A stretch of 64,000 nucleotides of DNA from Alphaproteobacteria bacterium (GTDB taxonomy: Bacteria > Pseudomonadota > Alphaproteobacteria > UBA2966). The translations under genes were made by a program, and so were the position numbers. Location: NCBI GenBank assembly GCA_018650465.1, contig JABIFY010000103.1, positions 13,362 to 77,361 of the forward strand, read 5' to 3'. The notes under the pieces were generated by a model. The model had not been told where the DNA came from. It saw only the letters and a program-made list of their open reading frames with translations, and made no database searches. Below, one piece after another: positions 11,177 to 24,975 of the stretch (the first letter of the stretch is position 1; every line of letters begins with the position of its first letter).

Positions 11177-12624
11177 GACAGCTACCTCTTGATATTGGTG
11201 TGATCCACTTCGTTGGTATCGGTGGCATCGGCATGAGCGGCATCGCCGAGGTTATGCATAACCTTGGTTATAAGGTTCAAGGCTCGGACCAGTCGGAAAG
11301 TGCCAATGTTTTGCGCCTGCGCGACAAGGGCATCAATGTGCTCATTGGCCATGAGGCAGAACACGTCGTGGACGCCCGTGTTGTGGTGATTTCCACGGCT
11401 GTGAAGTCGGACAATCCAGAAGTGCGGGCGGCACGCGAACGTTTAATTCCTGTTGTTCGCCGGGCAGAAATGCTGGCCGAACTGATGCGCCTGAAGTGGT
11501 GCATTGCCGTGGGCGGCACCCATGGCAAAACAACGACCACTTCCATGTTGGCAACTTTGCTGGATACAGCCGACTTTGACCCGACAGTGATCAATGGCGG
11601 CATCATCAACGCCTACGGCACCAATGCCCGTTTGGGCGATGGTGACTGGATGGTGGTAGAAGCTGACGAAAGCGACGGTACCTTTGTGCGCTTGCCAGCC
11701 GTCATTGCTGTGGTCACCAATATGGACCCCGAGCATCTTGATTTTTACGGTGATTTTGACACCGAGCGTAAAGCTTTTGAGGCCTTTGTCGAAAATGTGC
11801 CGTTCTATGGTGCCGCTGTCATGTGCATCGATCATCCGGAAGTCCAGTCCATGGTCGGGCGCATTTCTGACCGCCGCATTGTTACCTACGGCGAAAGCCC
11901 GCAGGCAGATATCCGGGCAATCAATGTAACTTATTCGACGGGCGGATCGAATTTTGATGTGGTCGAAACGGATCGCGCTACGGGCGATGTCGAAACCATT
12001 AGCGGATTGCGTTTGCCCATGCCGGGCATTCACAACGTCCTGAATTCTCTCGTGACCTTTTGCGTGGCCCGCGAAATGGGCATCGACAGTGAAGTTGTTC
12101 GCAAGGCCCTGGCCGGATTCGAAGGCGTCAAGCGCCGCTTTACCCGCACAGGCGAAGCCGGTGGTATTACGGTCATTGATGATTACGCCCACCACCCGGT
12201 TGAAATTTCTGCGGTGCTGGCTGCCGCCCGACATGCCTATGAAGGCAAGGTCATCGCTGTGGTGCAACCCCACCGCTATTCGCGTTTGCAGGATTTGTTC
12301 AGTGAATTCTGCAACTGCTTCAATGATGCCGACACTGTCATTGTTGCCAATGTATTTGCCGCAGGAGAAGAGCCTCGGACAGGCTTTGACCGGGATGGCT
12401 TGGCAGAAGGCCTGCGCAGCCATGGTCACCGCCGCGTCCTGGTCATGGATGATGCGCTGGAACTTGCTGCCCTCGCGGCATCAGAGGCGGAAGCCGGTGA
12501 TCTGGTGGTTTGTCTGGGGGCTGGCAACATTACCGCCTGGGCCAATGCTTTGCCGCAGGAACTGGAAGATTATCTCGGCCATCACCCACAAGCGAAACAA
12601 CCGTCAGGGGAGGGGGCCGCATGA
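11173..12624 (+). CDS. murC: UDP-N-acetylmuramate--L-alanine ligase MurC
   Basis: 483 aa; [12 protein letters not shown]-loop; synteny. Confidence 0.92.
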   Translation: MRQLPLDIGVIHFVGIGGIGMSGIAEVMHNLGYKVQGSDQSESANVLRLRDKGINVLIGHEAEHVVDARVVVISTAVKSDNPEVRAARERLIPVVRRAEMLAELMRLKWCIAVGGTHGKTTTTSMLATLLDTADFDPTVINGGIINAYGTNARLGDGDWMVVEADESDGTFVRLPAVIAVVTNMDPEHLDFYGDFDTERKAFEAFVENVPFYGAAVMCIDHPEVQSMVGRISDRRIVTYGESPQADIRAINVTYSTGGSNFDVVETDRATGDVETISGLRLPMPGIHNVLNSLVTFCVAREMGIDSEVVRKALAGFEGVKRRFTRTGEAGGITVIDDYAHHPVEISAVLAAARHAYEGKVIAVVQPHRYSRLQDLFSEFCNCFNDADTVIVANVFAAGEEPRTGFDRDGLAEGLRSHGHRRVLVMDDALELAALAASEAEAGDLVVCLGAGNITAWANALPQELEDYLGHHPQAKQPSGEGAA

Positions 12625-13583
12625 TGGCAGCACATTCCTTCCCGACCGGTCTTATGGAACGCCTGCCACAGGTTCGCGGGCGCTATAATGAAAACGTCTC
12701 GTTGGCCGATGTGACCTGGTTCCGTGTGGGCGGTGCCGCCGAAGTGGTCTTCCGCCCTGCCGACAAGGACGACCTGGTTCACTTTTTGCAAAACAAACCG
12801 GCTGATGTGCCTGTCATGATAATGGGTGTGGGCTCCAACCTTTTGATCCGCGACGGTGGTCTGCCCGGCGTCGTTATTCGTCTGGGACGTGGCTTCGCCG
12901 GGGTCACAACTGATGGCGATACGGTGATCGCAGGTGCCGGTGCCCTGGATGTGAATGTCTCCCTGACGGCGGCAGACGCGTCCATCGGCGGGCTGGAATT
13001 CCTCAGTGGTATTCCGGGCACAATCGGTGGGGCCTTGCGCATGAATGCCGGGGCCTATGGTGCCGAGATGTCGGATGTCCTGATCAAAGCAGAAGCCGTA
13101 ACGCCCGAAGGTGAGCTCAAAATACTTGATCTCGCCCAGATGAAATTCGCCTATCGTCATTGCGGAATTGATGCAAGCTGGTTGTTCCTGTCGGCGACCT
13201 TACAGGGCAAGGGCGGGCAAAAGTCAGAGATACTGACCCGCATCGACGACATCAAATCTGCTCGTGAAGACACACAGCCTGTGCGCACCCGCACCGGCGG
13301 TTCTACCTTCGCCAATCCGTCTGATACAGACCTGAAGGCCTGGCAATTGATTGATCGGGCAGGCTGTCGTGGTTTGATCCGTGGCGGGGCCATGGTGTCA
13401 GAAAAGCACTGCAACTTCCTGATCAATACAGGTGCTGCCAGTGCAACTGACCTGGAAGGCCTGGGGGAAGAAGTTCGACGTCGGGTCCTGGAAGAATTTG
13501 GTGTCACCCTGCATTGGGAAATTCGCCGGGTTGGTCTTCATGTCGATGGTCTTTCGGAAGTCAATGACGGGAGGATCTCATGA
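12621..13583 (+). CDS. murB: UDP-N-acetylenolpyruvoylglucosamine reductase MurB
   Basis: ORF 12510..13583 trimmed to ATG 12621 (ATGA overlap with murC stop); FAD-binding PCMH domain; synteny. Confidence 0.88.
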   Translation: MMAAHSFPTGLMERLPQVRGRYNENVSLADVTWFRVGGAAEVVFRPADKDDLVHFLQNKPADVPVMIMGVGSNLLIRDGGLPGVVIRLGRGFAGVTTDGDTVIAGAGALDVNVSLTAADASIGGLEFLSGIPGTIGGALRMNAGAYGAEMSDVLIKAEAVTPEGELKILDLAQMKFAYRHCGIDASWLFLSATLQGKGGQKSEILTRIDDIKSAREDTQPVRTRTGGSTFANPSDTDLKAWQLIDRAGCRGLIRGGAMVSEKHCNFLINTGAASATDLEGLGEEVRRRVLEEFGVTLHWEIRRVGLHVDGLSEVNDGRIS

Positions 13584-14494
13584 AAAAACACGTCGCCGTC
13601 TTGATGGGTGGTTGGTCCGCCGAGCGTGAGGTTTCACTTGTCAGCGGGGCCGCTGTTGTCGAGGCCTTGCAGGAAAAAGATTATCGCGTATCTGCAATTG
13701 ATGTGGGCCACACGGTGGCAACAACCCTGGCCGACATGAAGCCGGACGTCTGTTTCAATGCCTTGCATGGTCGCTTCGGTGAAGATGGCTGCATTCAGGG
13801 TGTGCTGGAAACACTGGGCATTCCCTACACACATTCTGGCGTGCTGGCTTCGGCCATGGCCATGGACAAGCCCTTGGCCAAAAAACTTTATGACACGGTC
13901 GGTCTGCCCTGCGTCGAAGGCGGTGTCTTTCACCGCGACCAAATCCTGGCCGGTGATGTGATGACAGCCCCCTATGTCATCAAGCCGTTGAATGAAGGCT
14001 CGTCCGTTGGTGTCAAGATTGTCACCGGCGACGAAAACGAGTTGCCTTTTCAGTCTGAAGCCTGGCACTACGGATCAGAAGTTCTCGTGGAACGTTATGT
14101 TCCAGGTCGCGAAGTCCAGGTTGCCGTGCTGGATAACAAGGCCCTGGGGGCCATTGAAATTCGCCCGACAAAACAATTCTACGATTATGAAGCCAAATAT
14201 TCCGATGGCTTCGCCGAACATCTGATGCCGGCTCCTATCGACAAGGCGGTCTATGACGACGTCATGCAAATGGCCGAGACCGCCCATAAGGTTCTGGGCT
14301 GTCGCGGTGTCACACGCACAGACTTCCGCTATGACGATACAGCTGGTGAGCCTGGTAAATTGTTTATCCTGGAAACCAATACCCAACCCGGCATGACGCC
14401 CCTGTCACTGACACCTGAAATTGCCGCCCATCGCGGCATGGATTTTGGTCAATTGGTTGACTGGCTTGTGAAGGATGCATCATGCCAGCGATAA
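13580..14494 (+). CDS. ddl: D-alanine--D-alanine ligase Ddl
   Basis: 304 aa ATP-grasp; 4-nt overlap with murB; synteny. Confidence 0.92.
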   Translation: MKKHVAVLMGGWSAEREVSLVSGAAVVEALQEKDYRVSAIDVGHTVATTLADMKPDVCFNALHGRFGEDGCIQGVLETLGIPYTHSGVLASAMAMDKPLAKKLYDTVGLPCVEGGVFHRDQILAGDVMTAPYVIKPLNEGSSVGVKIVTGDENELPFQSEAWHYGSEVLVERYVPGREVQVAVLDNKALGAIEIRPTKQFYDYEAKYSDGFAEHLMPAPIDKAVYDDVMQMAETAHKVLGCRGVTRTDFRYDDTAGEPGKLFILETNTQPGMTPLSLTPEIAAHRGMDFGQLVDWLVKDASCQR

Positions 14495-15387
14495 AAAAAC
14501 CTTTGACCGCACCAAAGCGGGCCAGAAAATCACCAGTGAAAAAGTCAGCTGCGAAATCAACAGCCCGCCGCGCACCACGTCCGTTTCGCCAGTGGCTCTA
14601 TCGCCGCCGCCGGACCCTGTCACAGGGTGTTGCGGTTTTGGGTATTTTGGCGGGCCTTGGCTGGACTGGCTATTGGTCAATGGAAAATGACGTGCCTGCG
14701 CGGACAATGACCATGCTGGGCCAAGCCGTCGATGACGCCTCACATGCCGCCGGTTTGACGGTGAACGAAGTTGTCGTTGTCGGTCGCCATCGCACCTCGC
14801 GCAAAGATATTTCCCGGGCCCTGGGTGTCAAACGGGACGACCCCATTTTGGCACTGGATATGACCGGCGCACTTGAACGTCTGGAGGCTTTGGGCTGGGT
14901 GGATAGTGCCGACATTACCCGCCGCTTGCCAGGGGACGTGCATGTGCATCTGGTGGAGCGCAAACCCTTCGCCCTGTGGCAGCGCAACAAACATCTGGTT
15001 CTGATTGATCGTGACGGTGTAGCCATCACCGACAAAAAGCTGGGTCGTTTTGCCAGTCTGCCAACGGTCGTCGGACGGGACGCTCCGACCCATGTCGCTG
15101 ATCTGTTTGATGTTCTGGCAACCGAGCCTGAATTGTTCTCTCGCGTATCGGCGGCCGTACGGATTGCCGGGCGGCGCTGGGATATTCGCCTCGCCAACGA
15201 CATCGTTATTCGCCTGCCGGAAGACGGTGCCGCGCAAGGTTGGCGTCGTCTTGCGGTTCTGCAACGTGAACACGCCATTCTGGGCCGTGACCTCGCCGCC
15301 ATTGATTTACGGCTTGAGGATCGGCTGATCGTTCGACTGGGGGCCAAGGCAGCAAAGCTGCGCCGGGCACCTGGCAACAATACCTGA
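14482..15387 (+). CDS. ftsQ: Cell division protein FtsQ (POTRA domain, basic N-terminal tail, one TM)
   Basis: 301 aa; Lys/Arg-rich cytoplasmic N-terminus, single TM, POTRA-like region; 13-nt overlap with ddl; synteny. Confidence 0.8.
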   Translation: MPAIKKPLTAPKRARKSPVKKSAAKSTARRAPRPFRQWLYRRRRTLSQGVAVLGILAGLGWTGYWSMENDVPARTMTMLGQAVDDASHAAGLTVNEVVVVGRHRTSRKDISRALGVKRDDPILALDMTGALERLEALGWVDSADITRRLPGDVHVHLVERKPFALWQRNKHLVLIDRDGVAITDKKLGRFASLPTVVGRDAPTHVADLFDVLATEPELFSRVSAAVRIAGRRWDIRLANDIVIRLPEDGAAQGWRRLAVLQREHAILGRDLAAIDLRLEDRLIVRLGAKAAKLRRAPGNNT

Positions 15388-15436
15388 GGGGGCAAGTAGA
15401 TGCGCAATATGCAAAAAGATAATCGGGGCAACTTTC

Positions 15437-16705
15437 ATGGCTAATGCGGCACGCAACAGCACCCAGGGTGCGCCATTGAAAAACGGTTTGGTCGCGGCTC
15501 TCGATGTGGGCACAACCAAAACGGTTTGTTTCATTGGGCGTGTGGTCGGGGAAAACAAGGCCCGTGTGGTCGGTATTGGCCACCAGGTTTCGCGCGGTCT
15601 CAGGGCCGGGTCCGTGGCGGATATGGAAGCCGTTGAAAGCTCAGTGCGGGCCGCCGTCGATGCCGCAGAGCGTATGGCAGGCGAGCCCATCCACACTGCC
15701 TTTGTTAATGTCTCCTGCGGTGACCCGGCGTCACATACGGTGGGCGTCGATATCCCTGTCACGGGCAACGAAATAGATGACGCTGACGTGCGCCGGGTGC
15801 TGGATCAAGGCACGGCCCGCAGCGACAATGGCGAACGCGAAGTTATCCACGCCATACCTGTCACCTACACGGTTGACGGAACCTCGGGCATTCGCGACCC
15901 GCGCGGCATGTACGGCACCCAGCTGGGTGTGAATATGCATATTGTGACGGCCTCCGCCGGTCCGGTGCGCAATTTACACAGCTGCATCAAGCGCGGCCAT
16001 CTGGATGTGGCAGGCACAGTGGTTTCAAGCTATGCCGCCGGTTTGGCGACGCTTGTGGAAGATGAAAAAGACCTCGGTGTGACCCTGATTGATATGGGCG
16101 GTGGCACCACGTCAGTGGCAGTTTTTTATGACGGCAGCCTGGTCTTTGCCGACGTTGTGCCGCTGGGCGGACAACATGTCACCAATGATATTGCCCGCGG
16201 TTTAGCCACGCCAACCGGACATGCGGAACGTATGAAAACCCTTTATGGCAGCGCCATTGCCGGGCCTGCCGATGATCAGGAATTGATTGACGTGCCGCAG
16301 GTTGGCGAATCCGATCAGGCCGAACCTAATCATGTGCCACGGTCTGCTCTGATTGGCATTATCAAGCCCCGCGTTGAGGAAACTCTCGAGCTGGTGCGCG
16401 ACCGTCTTGCCCTCTCGGGCTATGACCGGGTCGCTGGTCGCCGGGTTGTGCTGACGGGCGGTGCCAGTCAGTTGCAGGGCGTACTGGAGTTATCGCGCCG
16501 GGTCCTCGACAAACAGGTTCGCATCGGCAAACCGATCCGCATTCAGGGTCTGGCCGAAGCCACCGGGGGACCGGCATTCGCAACTTGTGCCGGACTATTA
16601 AGTTATGGCGTGCAAGGGCTGGGCAACCAGCTTGAGCACGGCCAGTCACCAACATCAGCAGGTGGCCTGAGCAAGTTTGGCCGCTGGCTGAAGGAAAATT
16701 TTTAG
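15437..16705 (+). CDS. ftsA: Cell division protein FtsA (actin-like ATPase)
   Basis: 422 aa; VDVGTTKT phosphate-1 motif; synteny. Confidence 0.92.
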   Translation: MANAARNSTQGAPLKNGLVAALDVGTTKTVCFIGRVVGENKARVVGIGHQVSRGLRAGSVADMEAVESSVRAAVDAAERMAGEPIHTAFVNVSCGDPASHTVGVDIPVTGNEIDDADVRRVLDQGTARSDNGEREVIHAIPVTYTVDGTSGIRDPRGMYGTQLGVNMHIVTASAGPVRNLHSCIKRGHLDVAGTVVSSYAAGLATLVEDEKDLGVTLIDMGGGTTSVAVFYDGSLVFADVVPLGGQHVTNDIARGLATPTGHAERMKTLYGSAIAGPADDQELIDVPQVGESDQAEPNHVPRSALIGIIKPRVEETLELVRDRLALSGYDRVAGRRVVLTGGASQLQGVLELSRRVLDKQVRIGKPIRIQGLAEATGGPAFATCAGLLSYGVQGLGNQLEHGQSPTSAGGLSKFGRWLKENF

Positions 16706-16834
16706 TAAGTGTAAACAAGACAATACGTCACCGGAACAACCGGTGCTTCGATAGACAAGGAAGAAAATGACTATGAACAAATCAAGATCCGAAAACATAT
16801 TTGGAATTGATTCAACCAGATCAAATGGAGGCCA

Positions 16835-18685
16835 ATGATGTCCTTAAATCTGACTATGCCTGAAAGAACTGAACTCAAGCCACGGATCACCGTTATCGGT
16901 GTTGGTGGTGCCGGCGGCAACGCTGTGAACAACATGATCGGCGCGCATCTCGAAGGCGTCGAATATGTCGTTGCCAATACTGATTCCCAAGCCCTGGGCT
17001 TGTCCATGACGGACCGGACCATTCAGCTGGGTGCGAACCTGACACAAGGCCTTGGTGCTGGTGCCCGTCCGGAAGTCGGTGGTGCCGCTGCCGTGGAAGC
17101 CATGGACGAAATCATGGACCACATCCAGGGCAGCCACATGGTCTTTATCACAGCCGGTATGGGCGGTGGTACAGGCACGGGTGCAGCACCTGTGATGGCT
17201 GAGGCCGCACGCAGCGCCGGTATGCTGACCGTTGGCGTGGTTACCAAGCCGTTCCATTTTGAAGGCTCCAACCGCATGAAGATCGCGGAAGCCGGAATTA
17301 AGGAACTGCAAAATCATGTCGATACCCTGATTATCATTCCCAACCAGAACCTGTTCCGCGTTGCCAATGAAAAGACCACTTTTGCTGATGCCTTCGAAAT
17401 GGCTGATGATGTGCTCTATTCCGGTGTTCGCGGGGTCACGGACCTGATGGTCATGCCTGGCCTGATCAACCTGGATTTTGCTGACGTTCGCGCCATTATG
17501 GGCGAAATGGGCAAAGCCATGATGGGCACCGGTGAAGCCGAAGGAGAAAAGCGTGCTCTGGAAGCCGCAGAAGCCGCCATCGCCAATCCTTTGTTGGATG
17601 ATGTATCCATGAAAGGGGCCCGCGCTGTCCTGATCAATATCACCAGTGGCATGGACACAACCCTGTATGAAATCGACGAAGCTACCAATCGCATTCGGGA
17701 CGAAGTCGACGTTGATGCCAACATCATCTTTGGCCAGACTTTCGACGAAGCTCTTGCTGGTCGCATGCGGGTATCCATTGTCGCCACCGGCATAGATGCC
17801 GATGGCCTTTCAATGCCATCGCCGAAATTGCAGGTTGTCGGCGGGGCCGATGCAACAGCCCGTGCCGGTTTTCCGGATACAACACGAACGACGACGGATA
17901 TGCCCGCCATGCCCGCATCAATGGCAACAAGTCCATCAGCAACATCTGCCCCCCCCATGGCCAATATGACATCCATGGCGGGATCTTATGGCGCAACCGC
18001 CGGGGCGCTTGCCCTGGATGTGAGCCAGCCTGAATTGGACATGCCGGAAATGACCCGGCCTGCTGTAGCGGAACCAGAAGTGGTTCAACCGGAATTGAAG
18101 ATAAGCCCTGTTGTTGAAGACAGTGTACCGGTGCAGCCGGAAGCATCTGTTGAAACACAGAACGTGGTGGAAACGCCGACCGCGGTGGAACGGGTAAACA
18201 ACGCTGAACAATTGGACGATCGTGCCGAAGCAGACACGCCGTTCATTGCTCGTCCGGCTTTGACACCAAAGGCATCGATGGAAACAGCGATGCAACCAGC
18301 CCCAAAACCGGATGCTTTTGCTGAAGCTGCCCTGACCAATGGCGCAACAGTTGAAAACAAGCCAAAGCCCCCAAGCCTGCTGGAACGCATGACCGGCACA
18401 GGTCGTGCGCGTCAAAAAGCCCGTGAAGCTGAAGCCCAGGCGCAAGCCCAGACCCAGGTTCAGGAGCCAAGCTTTGGCCGTAGAGACCAGCCTGAGCCGG
18501 TCACAAATCCGGTTCAGCACGTCGCTGAGACAGAGGAATGGTCGGAAACGCCTGCCAAACCAGAACTTGCCGCGCCAAAAGCGACTTCGGCCATGCCGGC
18601 GATTGACCCGGCTGACCGTTTGGCCCCGGCCGCAGGAGACGATTTGCTGGACATTCCGGCATTTCTGCGACGCCAGGCTAATTAG
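16835..18685 (+). CDS. ftsZ: Cell division GTPase FtsZ with ~270-aa disordered C-terminal linker
   Basis: 616 aa; [10 protein letters not shown] tubulin signature; GGAGG RBS before ATGATG; C-terminal conserved peptide [11 protein letters not shown]. Confidence 0.95.
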   Translation: MMSLNLTMPERTELKPRITVIGVGGAGGNAVNNMIGAHLEGVEYVVANTDSQALGLSMTDRTIQLGANLTQGLGAGARPEVGGAAAVEAMDEIMDHIQGSHMVFITAGMGGGTGTGAAPVMAEAARSAGMLTVGVVTKPFHFEGSNRMKIAEAGIKELQNHVDTLIIIPNQNLFRVANEKTTFADAFEMADDVLYSGVRGVTDLMVMPGLINLDFADVRAIMGEMGKAMMGTGEAEGEKRALEAAEAAIANPLLDDVSMKGARAVLINITSGMDTTLYEIDEATNRIRDEVDVDANIIFGQTFDEALAGRMRVSIVATGIDADGLSMPSPKLQVVGGADATARAGFPDTTRTTTDMPAMPASMATSPSATSAPPMANMTSMAGSYGATAGALALDVSQPELDMPEMTRPAVAEPEVVQPELKISPVVEDSVPVQPEASVETQNVVETPTAVERVNNAEQLDDRAEADTPFIARPALTPKASMETAMQPAPKPDAFAEAALTNGATVENKPKPPSLLERMTGTGRARQKAREAEAQAQAQTQVQEPSFGRRDQPEPVTNPVQHVAETEEWSETPAKPELAAPKATSAMPAIDPADRLAPAAGDDLLDIPAFLRRQAN

Positions 18686-18712
18686 AGCTATTCCGGTTTA
18701 GACGGAATAGCT
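18686..18712 (+). terminator. Hairpin (10-bp stem AGCTATTCCG/CGGAATAGCT, 7-nt loop) immediately after ftsZ stop; weak U-tract
   Basis: Seen directly; followed by TCTGCTCTTGTT. Confidence 0.35.
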
Positions 18713-18813
18713 TCTGCTCTTGTTATCGTTGCCCACAGTGAGTTTGCGGCAGCGCAGCGTTTCCTCCTTCGTCGGAAACGCGCCAGGATCTGTTCGAAGG
18801 CATAGTCATACTT

Positions 18814-18848
18814 GGGGCAGCAGGAAGCTGCTGCCCCATTTTTTTTTA
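18814..18848 (+). terminator. Strong intrinsic terminator GGGGCAGCAG-GAAG-CTGCTGCCCC followed by A(T)10
   Basis: Perfect 10-bp GC-rich stem, 4-nt loop, 10-T run; ~130 nt downstream of ftsZ. Confidence 0.85.
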
Positions 18849-19030
18849 GAGCGTTTCCGGGTTTCAGGGAAACACTACGTTGCCATAAACCCAGGGTTTG
18901 AGAATTATTGACGAGGCTGGAGAGACCTTTTTTGAGACAAAATATTTTTAGTTAATCAATTGTTTTTAATAAATTTTTCAAGACCGCACTGAATGTTGCA
19001 AAACGGTAACAAATCGACATAAAGCGTGAT

Positions 19031-20176
19031 TTGTTGCAGAGCACAATAATTGCTAGAACCACTGCAACGACGCAGCCCGGAATCTATCATATCGGGCAAA
19101 GTGAATATTCAGTACCGGCAGGAGCGAGACCCATTAACTTCCAACACAAAATTGCAAATTCGGATGATCGTCCTGCCCTTGGCTCTGCTCGACCAGGTGC
19201 GAGTGAGTCCGCTCGACCAGATGCCAGTTTTCAGCAAACACTTCGTAACCGGATCAGCTGCACTGGTGTTGGATTGCACAGTGGCGTTGATGTCGCCATG
19301 ACGCTGATGCCCGCCGACCCGGACACGGGGATTGTTTTTCGGCGAACTGATGTCGATACCAGCCATCTCGACCGCGACATCGCCGAGATCCCGGCTTTGT
19401 GGAACCATGTATCCGGCACCATGCTGGGCACGACTTTGGTCAACGATCACGGTACGTCGGTTGCCACAGTAGAGCACCTGATGGCAGCTTTGGCTGGCTG
19501 TGGTGTCGACAATGCGATTGTTGAATTGAACGGTGGTGAAGTGCCGATCATGGATGGCTCAAGCGCGCCATTTGTTTTCCTGATTGAATGCGCCGGTATC
19601 TTTGAGCAAAACCAGGTGCGCCGCGCTATTCGTGTTCTGAAGCCGGTAACTGTTTCTGACAAGGGCCGCACCGTAACCTTGCGCCCGGCAGAACGTTTCA
19701 CCTTAAGTGTTGATATTGATTTTGACAGCCCGGTCGTGGCCCATCAAACATGTGAATTTGATGAGGCCAGCATGACCTTCAAGGATGAGCTTTGCCGCGC
19801 CCGGACCTTTGGTTTTTTGCATGAAGTCAGTGCCTTGCAGGACAAGGGCCTGGCCCGTGGCGGATCGCTCGATAATGCCGTTGTTGTTGACGGGGACCGG
19901 GTCATGAACGAAGACGGCCTGCGTTTTGCCGATGAATTTGCCCGCCATAAGGCGCTGGATGCAGTTGGTGATCTCTACCTCGCGGGCGGTCGTTTGCTGG
20001 CCCGTTATGAAGGCGAAAAGGCTGGTCATGAGATGAATAACCGGGTCTTGCGCGCCTTGTTTGCCGATGCCAGTGCCTGGGAATGGTGCGATGATATCCA
20101 GGCTGATGTTCGGGCCGGTGTGGAGGCATCCGGGCAAGAAGAATGGGTTGAGGAACGCGCCGTCGCCATGGCCTGA
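19031..20176 (+). CDS. lpxC: UDP-3-O-acyl-N-acetylglucosamine deacetylase LpxC (conserved core starts ~19229; N-terminal start unresolved)
   Basis: Conserved LpxC motifs (TVEHLMAALAG, HHEMNN-like C-term); only in-frame start codons upstream of the conserved core are TTG 19031/19034. Confidence 0.85.
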   Translation: MLQSTIIARTTATTQPGIYHIGQSEYSVPAGARPINFQHKIANSDDRPALGSARPGASESARPDASFQQTLRNRISCTGVGLHSGVDVAMTLMPADPDTGIVFRRTDVDTSHLDRDIAEIPALWNHVSGTMLGTTLVNDHGTSVATVEHLMAALAGCGVDNAIVELNGGEVPIMDGSSAPFVFLIECAGIFEQNQVRRAIRVLKPVTVSDKGRTVTLRPAERFTLSVDIDFDSPVVAHQTCEFDEASMTFKDELCRARTFGFLHEVSALQDKGLARGGSLDNAVVVDGDRVMNEDGLRFADEFARHKALDAVGDLYLAGGRLLARYEGEKAGHEMNNRVLRALFADASAWEWCDDIQADVRAGVEASGQEEWVEERAVAMA

Positions 20177-20347
20177 GGCCATTTGGACTATTCTTTGACA
20201 AAATCGACCTGAAATACCCCAAAATAGTCGGCAATTTTGATGCCTGTTGTGGTGGCCTTTGAACTGGCCGTGTTATAGTCCCGCATATTGGCCTGATGAC
20301 ACGGGACAAATTTAGGGATTTAGCCTTCAGGGAGTGCGGATTCGCAC

Positions 20348-21172
20348 ATGCGATCTAATCGGATATCCAGGTTTTTAACCGTTTCCATGACAACAGCTGT
20401 TTTGGCACTGTCGGCCTGTTCAAGTGACGACGGCCCTGACTATGTCGAACTGCCGGTTGACGTCTTGTACAATAATGCCGCGAACAATCTGACGGCGGGC
20501 GATTACAAACTGGCTGCGGCGGGTTTTGATGATGTGGAACGCCAGCATCCTTATTCTCCGTGGGCCACTCGTGCCCAGTTGATGGCGGCTTATGCCTATT
20601 ACCAGGACAACGAATATGATCAGGCGGTGATTGCTGCGGAACGTTTCGTGCAGCTTCATCCCGGCCACAAGGACACGCCCTACGCCTTTTATTTGGCGGC
20701 CATCAGCTATTATGAACAAATCATCGATGTGGGCCGGGACCAGCGGATCACCGAACTGGCACTCAGGGCCCTGAACGAAGTTGTGCGGCGCTACCCCAAA
20801 AGCGAATATGCCCGTGCGGCCCGTTTGAAAGTTGACCTGGCCCATAACCACCTTGCGGGACGGGAAATGGAAGTCGGGCGGTTCTATCAGGGTCGTAAAC
20901 AATATTCCGGCGCCATCAATCGCTTCCGCGTTGTGATTGAAAAGTACCAAACCACGTCCCATGTGCCCGAAGCCTTGCACAGGCTGGTGGAAACATATCT
21001 GGCCCTGGGTGTTGCGGAAGAAGCGCAGGCAACGGCTGCTGTCCTGGGGCATAACTTCCCGGGGAGTGAATGGTACCAATATTCTTATTTGCTGCTGGAA
21101 GGTCGCAACCTCAAACCCGAGGCCATCGACGATTCCTGGATCAGCCGCACCTGGACCAGCCTGTTCGAATAG
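20348..21172 (+). CDS. bamD: Outer membrane protein assembly factor BamD (lipoprotein, TPR-like)
   Basis: 274 aa; signal peptide with lipobox LSAC; TPR-like repeats; conserved position lpxC-bamD-recN. Confidence 0.85.
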   Translation: MRSNRISRFLTVSMTTAVLALSACSSDDGPDYVELPVDVLYNNAANNLTAGDYKLAAAGFDDVERQHPYSPWATRAQLMAAYAYYQDNEYDQAVIAAERFVQLHPGHKDTPYAFYLAAISYYEQIIDVGRDQRITELALRALNEVVRRYPKSEYARAARLKVDLAHNHLAGREMEVGRFYQGRKQYSGAINRFRVVIEKYQTTSHVPEALHRLVETYLALGVAEEAQATAAVLGHNFPGSEWYQYSYLLLEGRNLKPEAIDDSWISRTWTSLFE

Positions 21173-21176
21173 CGCC

Positions 21177-24957
<3,781 letters not shown>

Positions 24958-24975
24958 AGCTTTTCCGGCATCGCC

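Noticed and set aside
18720-18911. 63-aa ORF between ftsZ and lpxC
   Set aside because: Spans a perfect intrinsic terminator and hairpin repeats; no RBS; region is structured RNA/regulatory DNA
18930-18960. CtrA box (TTAA-N7-TTAAC) in AT-rich lpxC upstream region
   Set aside because: TTAATCAATTGTTTTTAAT has the wrong spacing and second half-site; not a canonical match
20177-20347. Sigma-70 promoter for bamD (TTGACA at ~20204)
   Set aside because: A -35-like hexamer is present but no convincing -10 at 16-18 nt spacing; left unannotated
20937-21176. N-terminal 80-codon extension of recN ORF (and similar long-ORF extensions at 229..336 rsmH, 56087..56266 thyX, 37328..37579, 43068..43211, 12510..12620 murB)
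   Set aside because: Extensions overlap the preceding gene; conserved protein N-termini and RBS/start codons found at the trimmed positions
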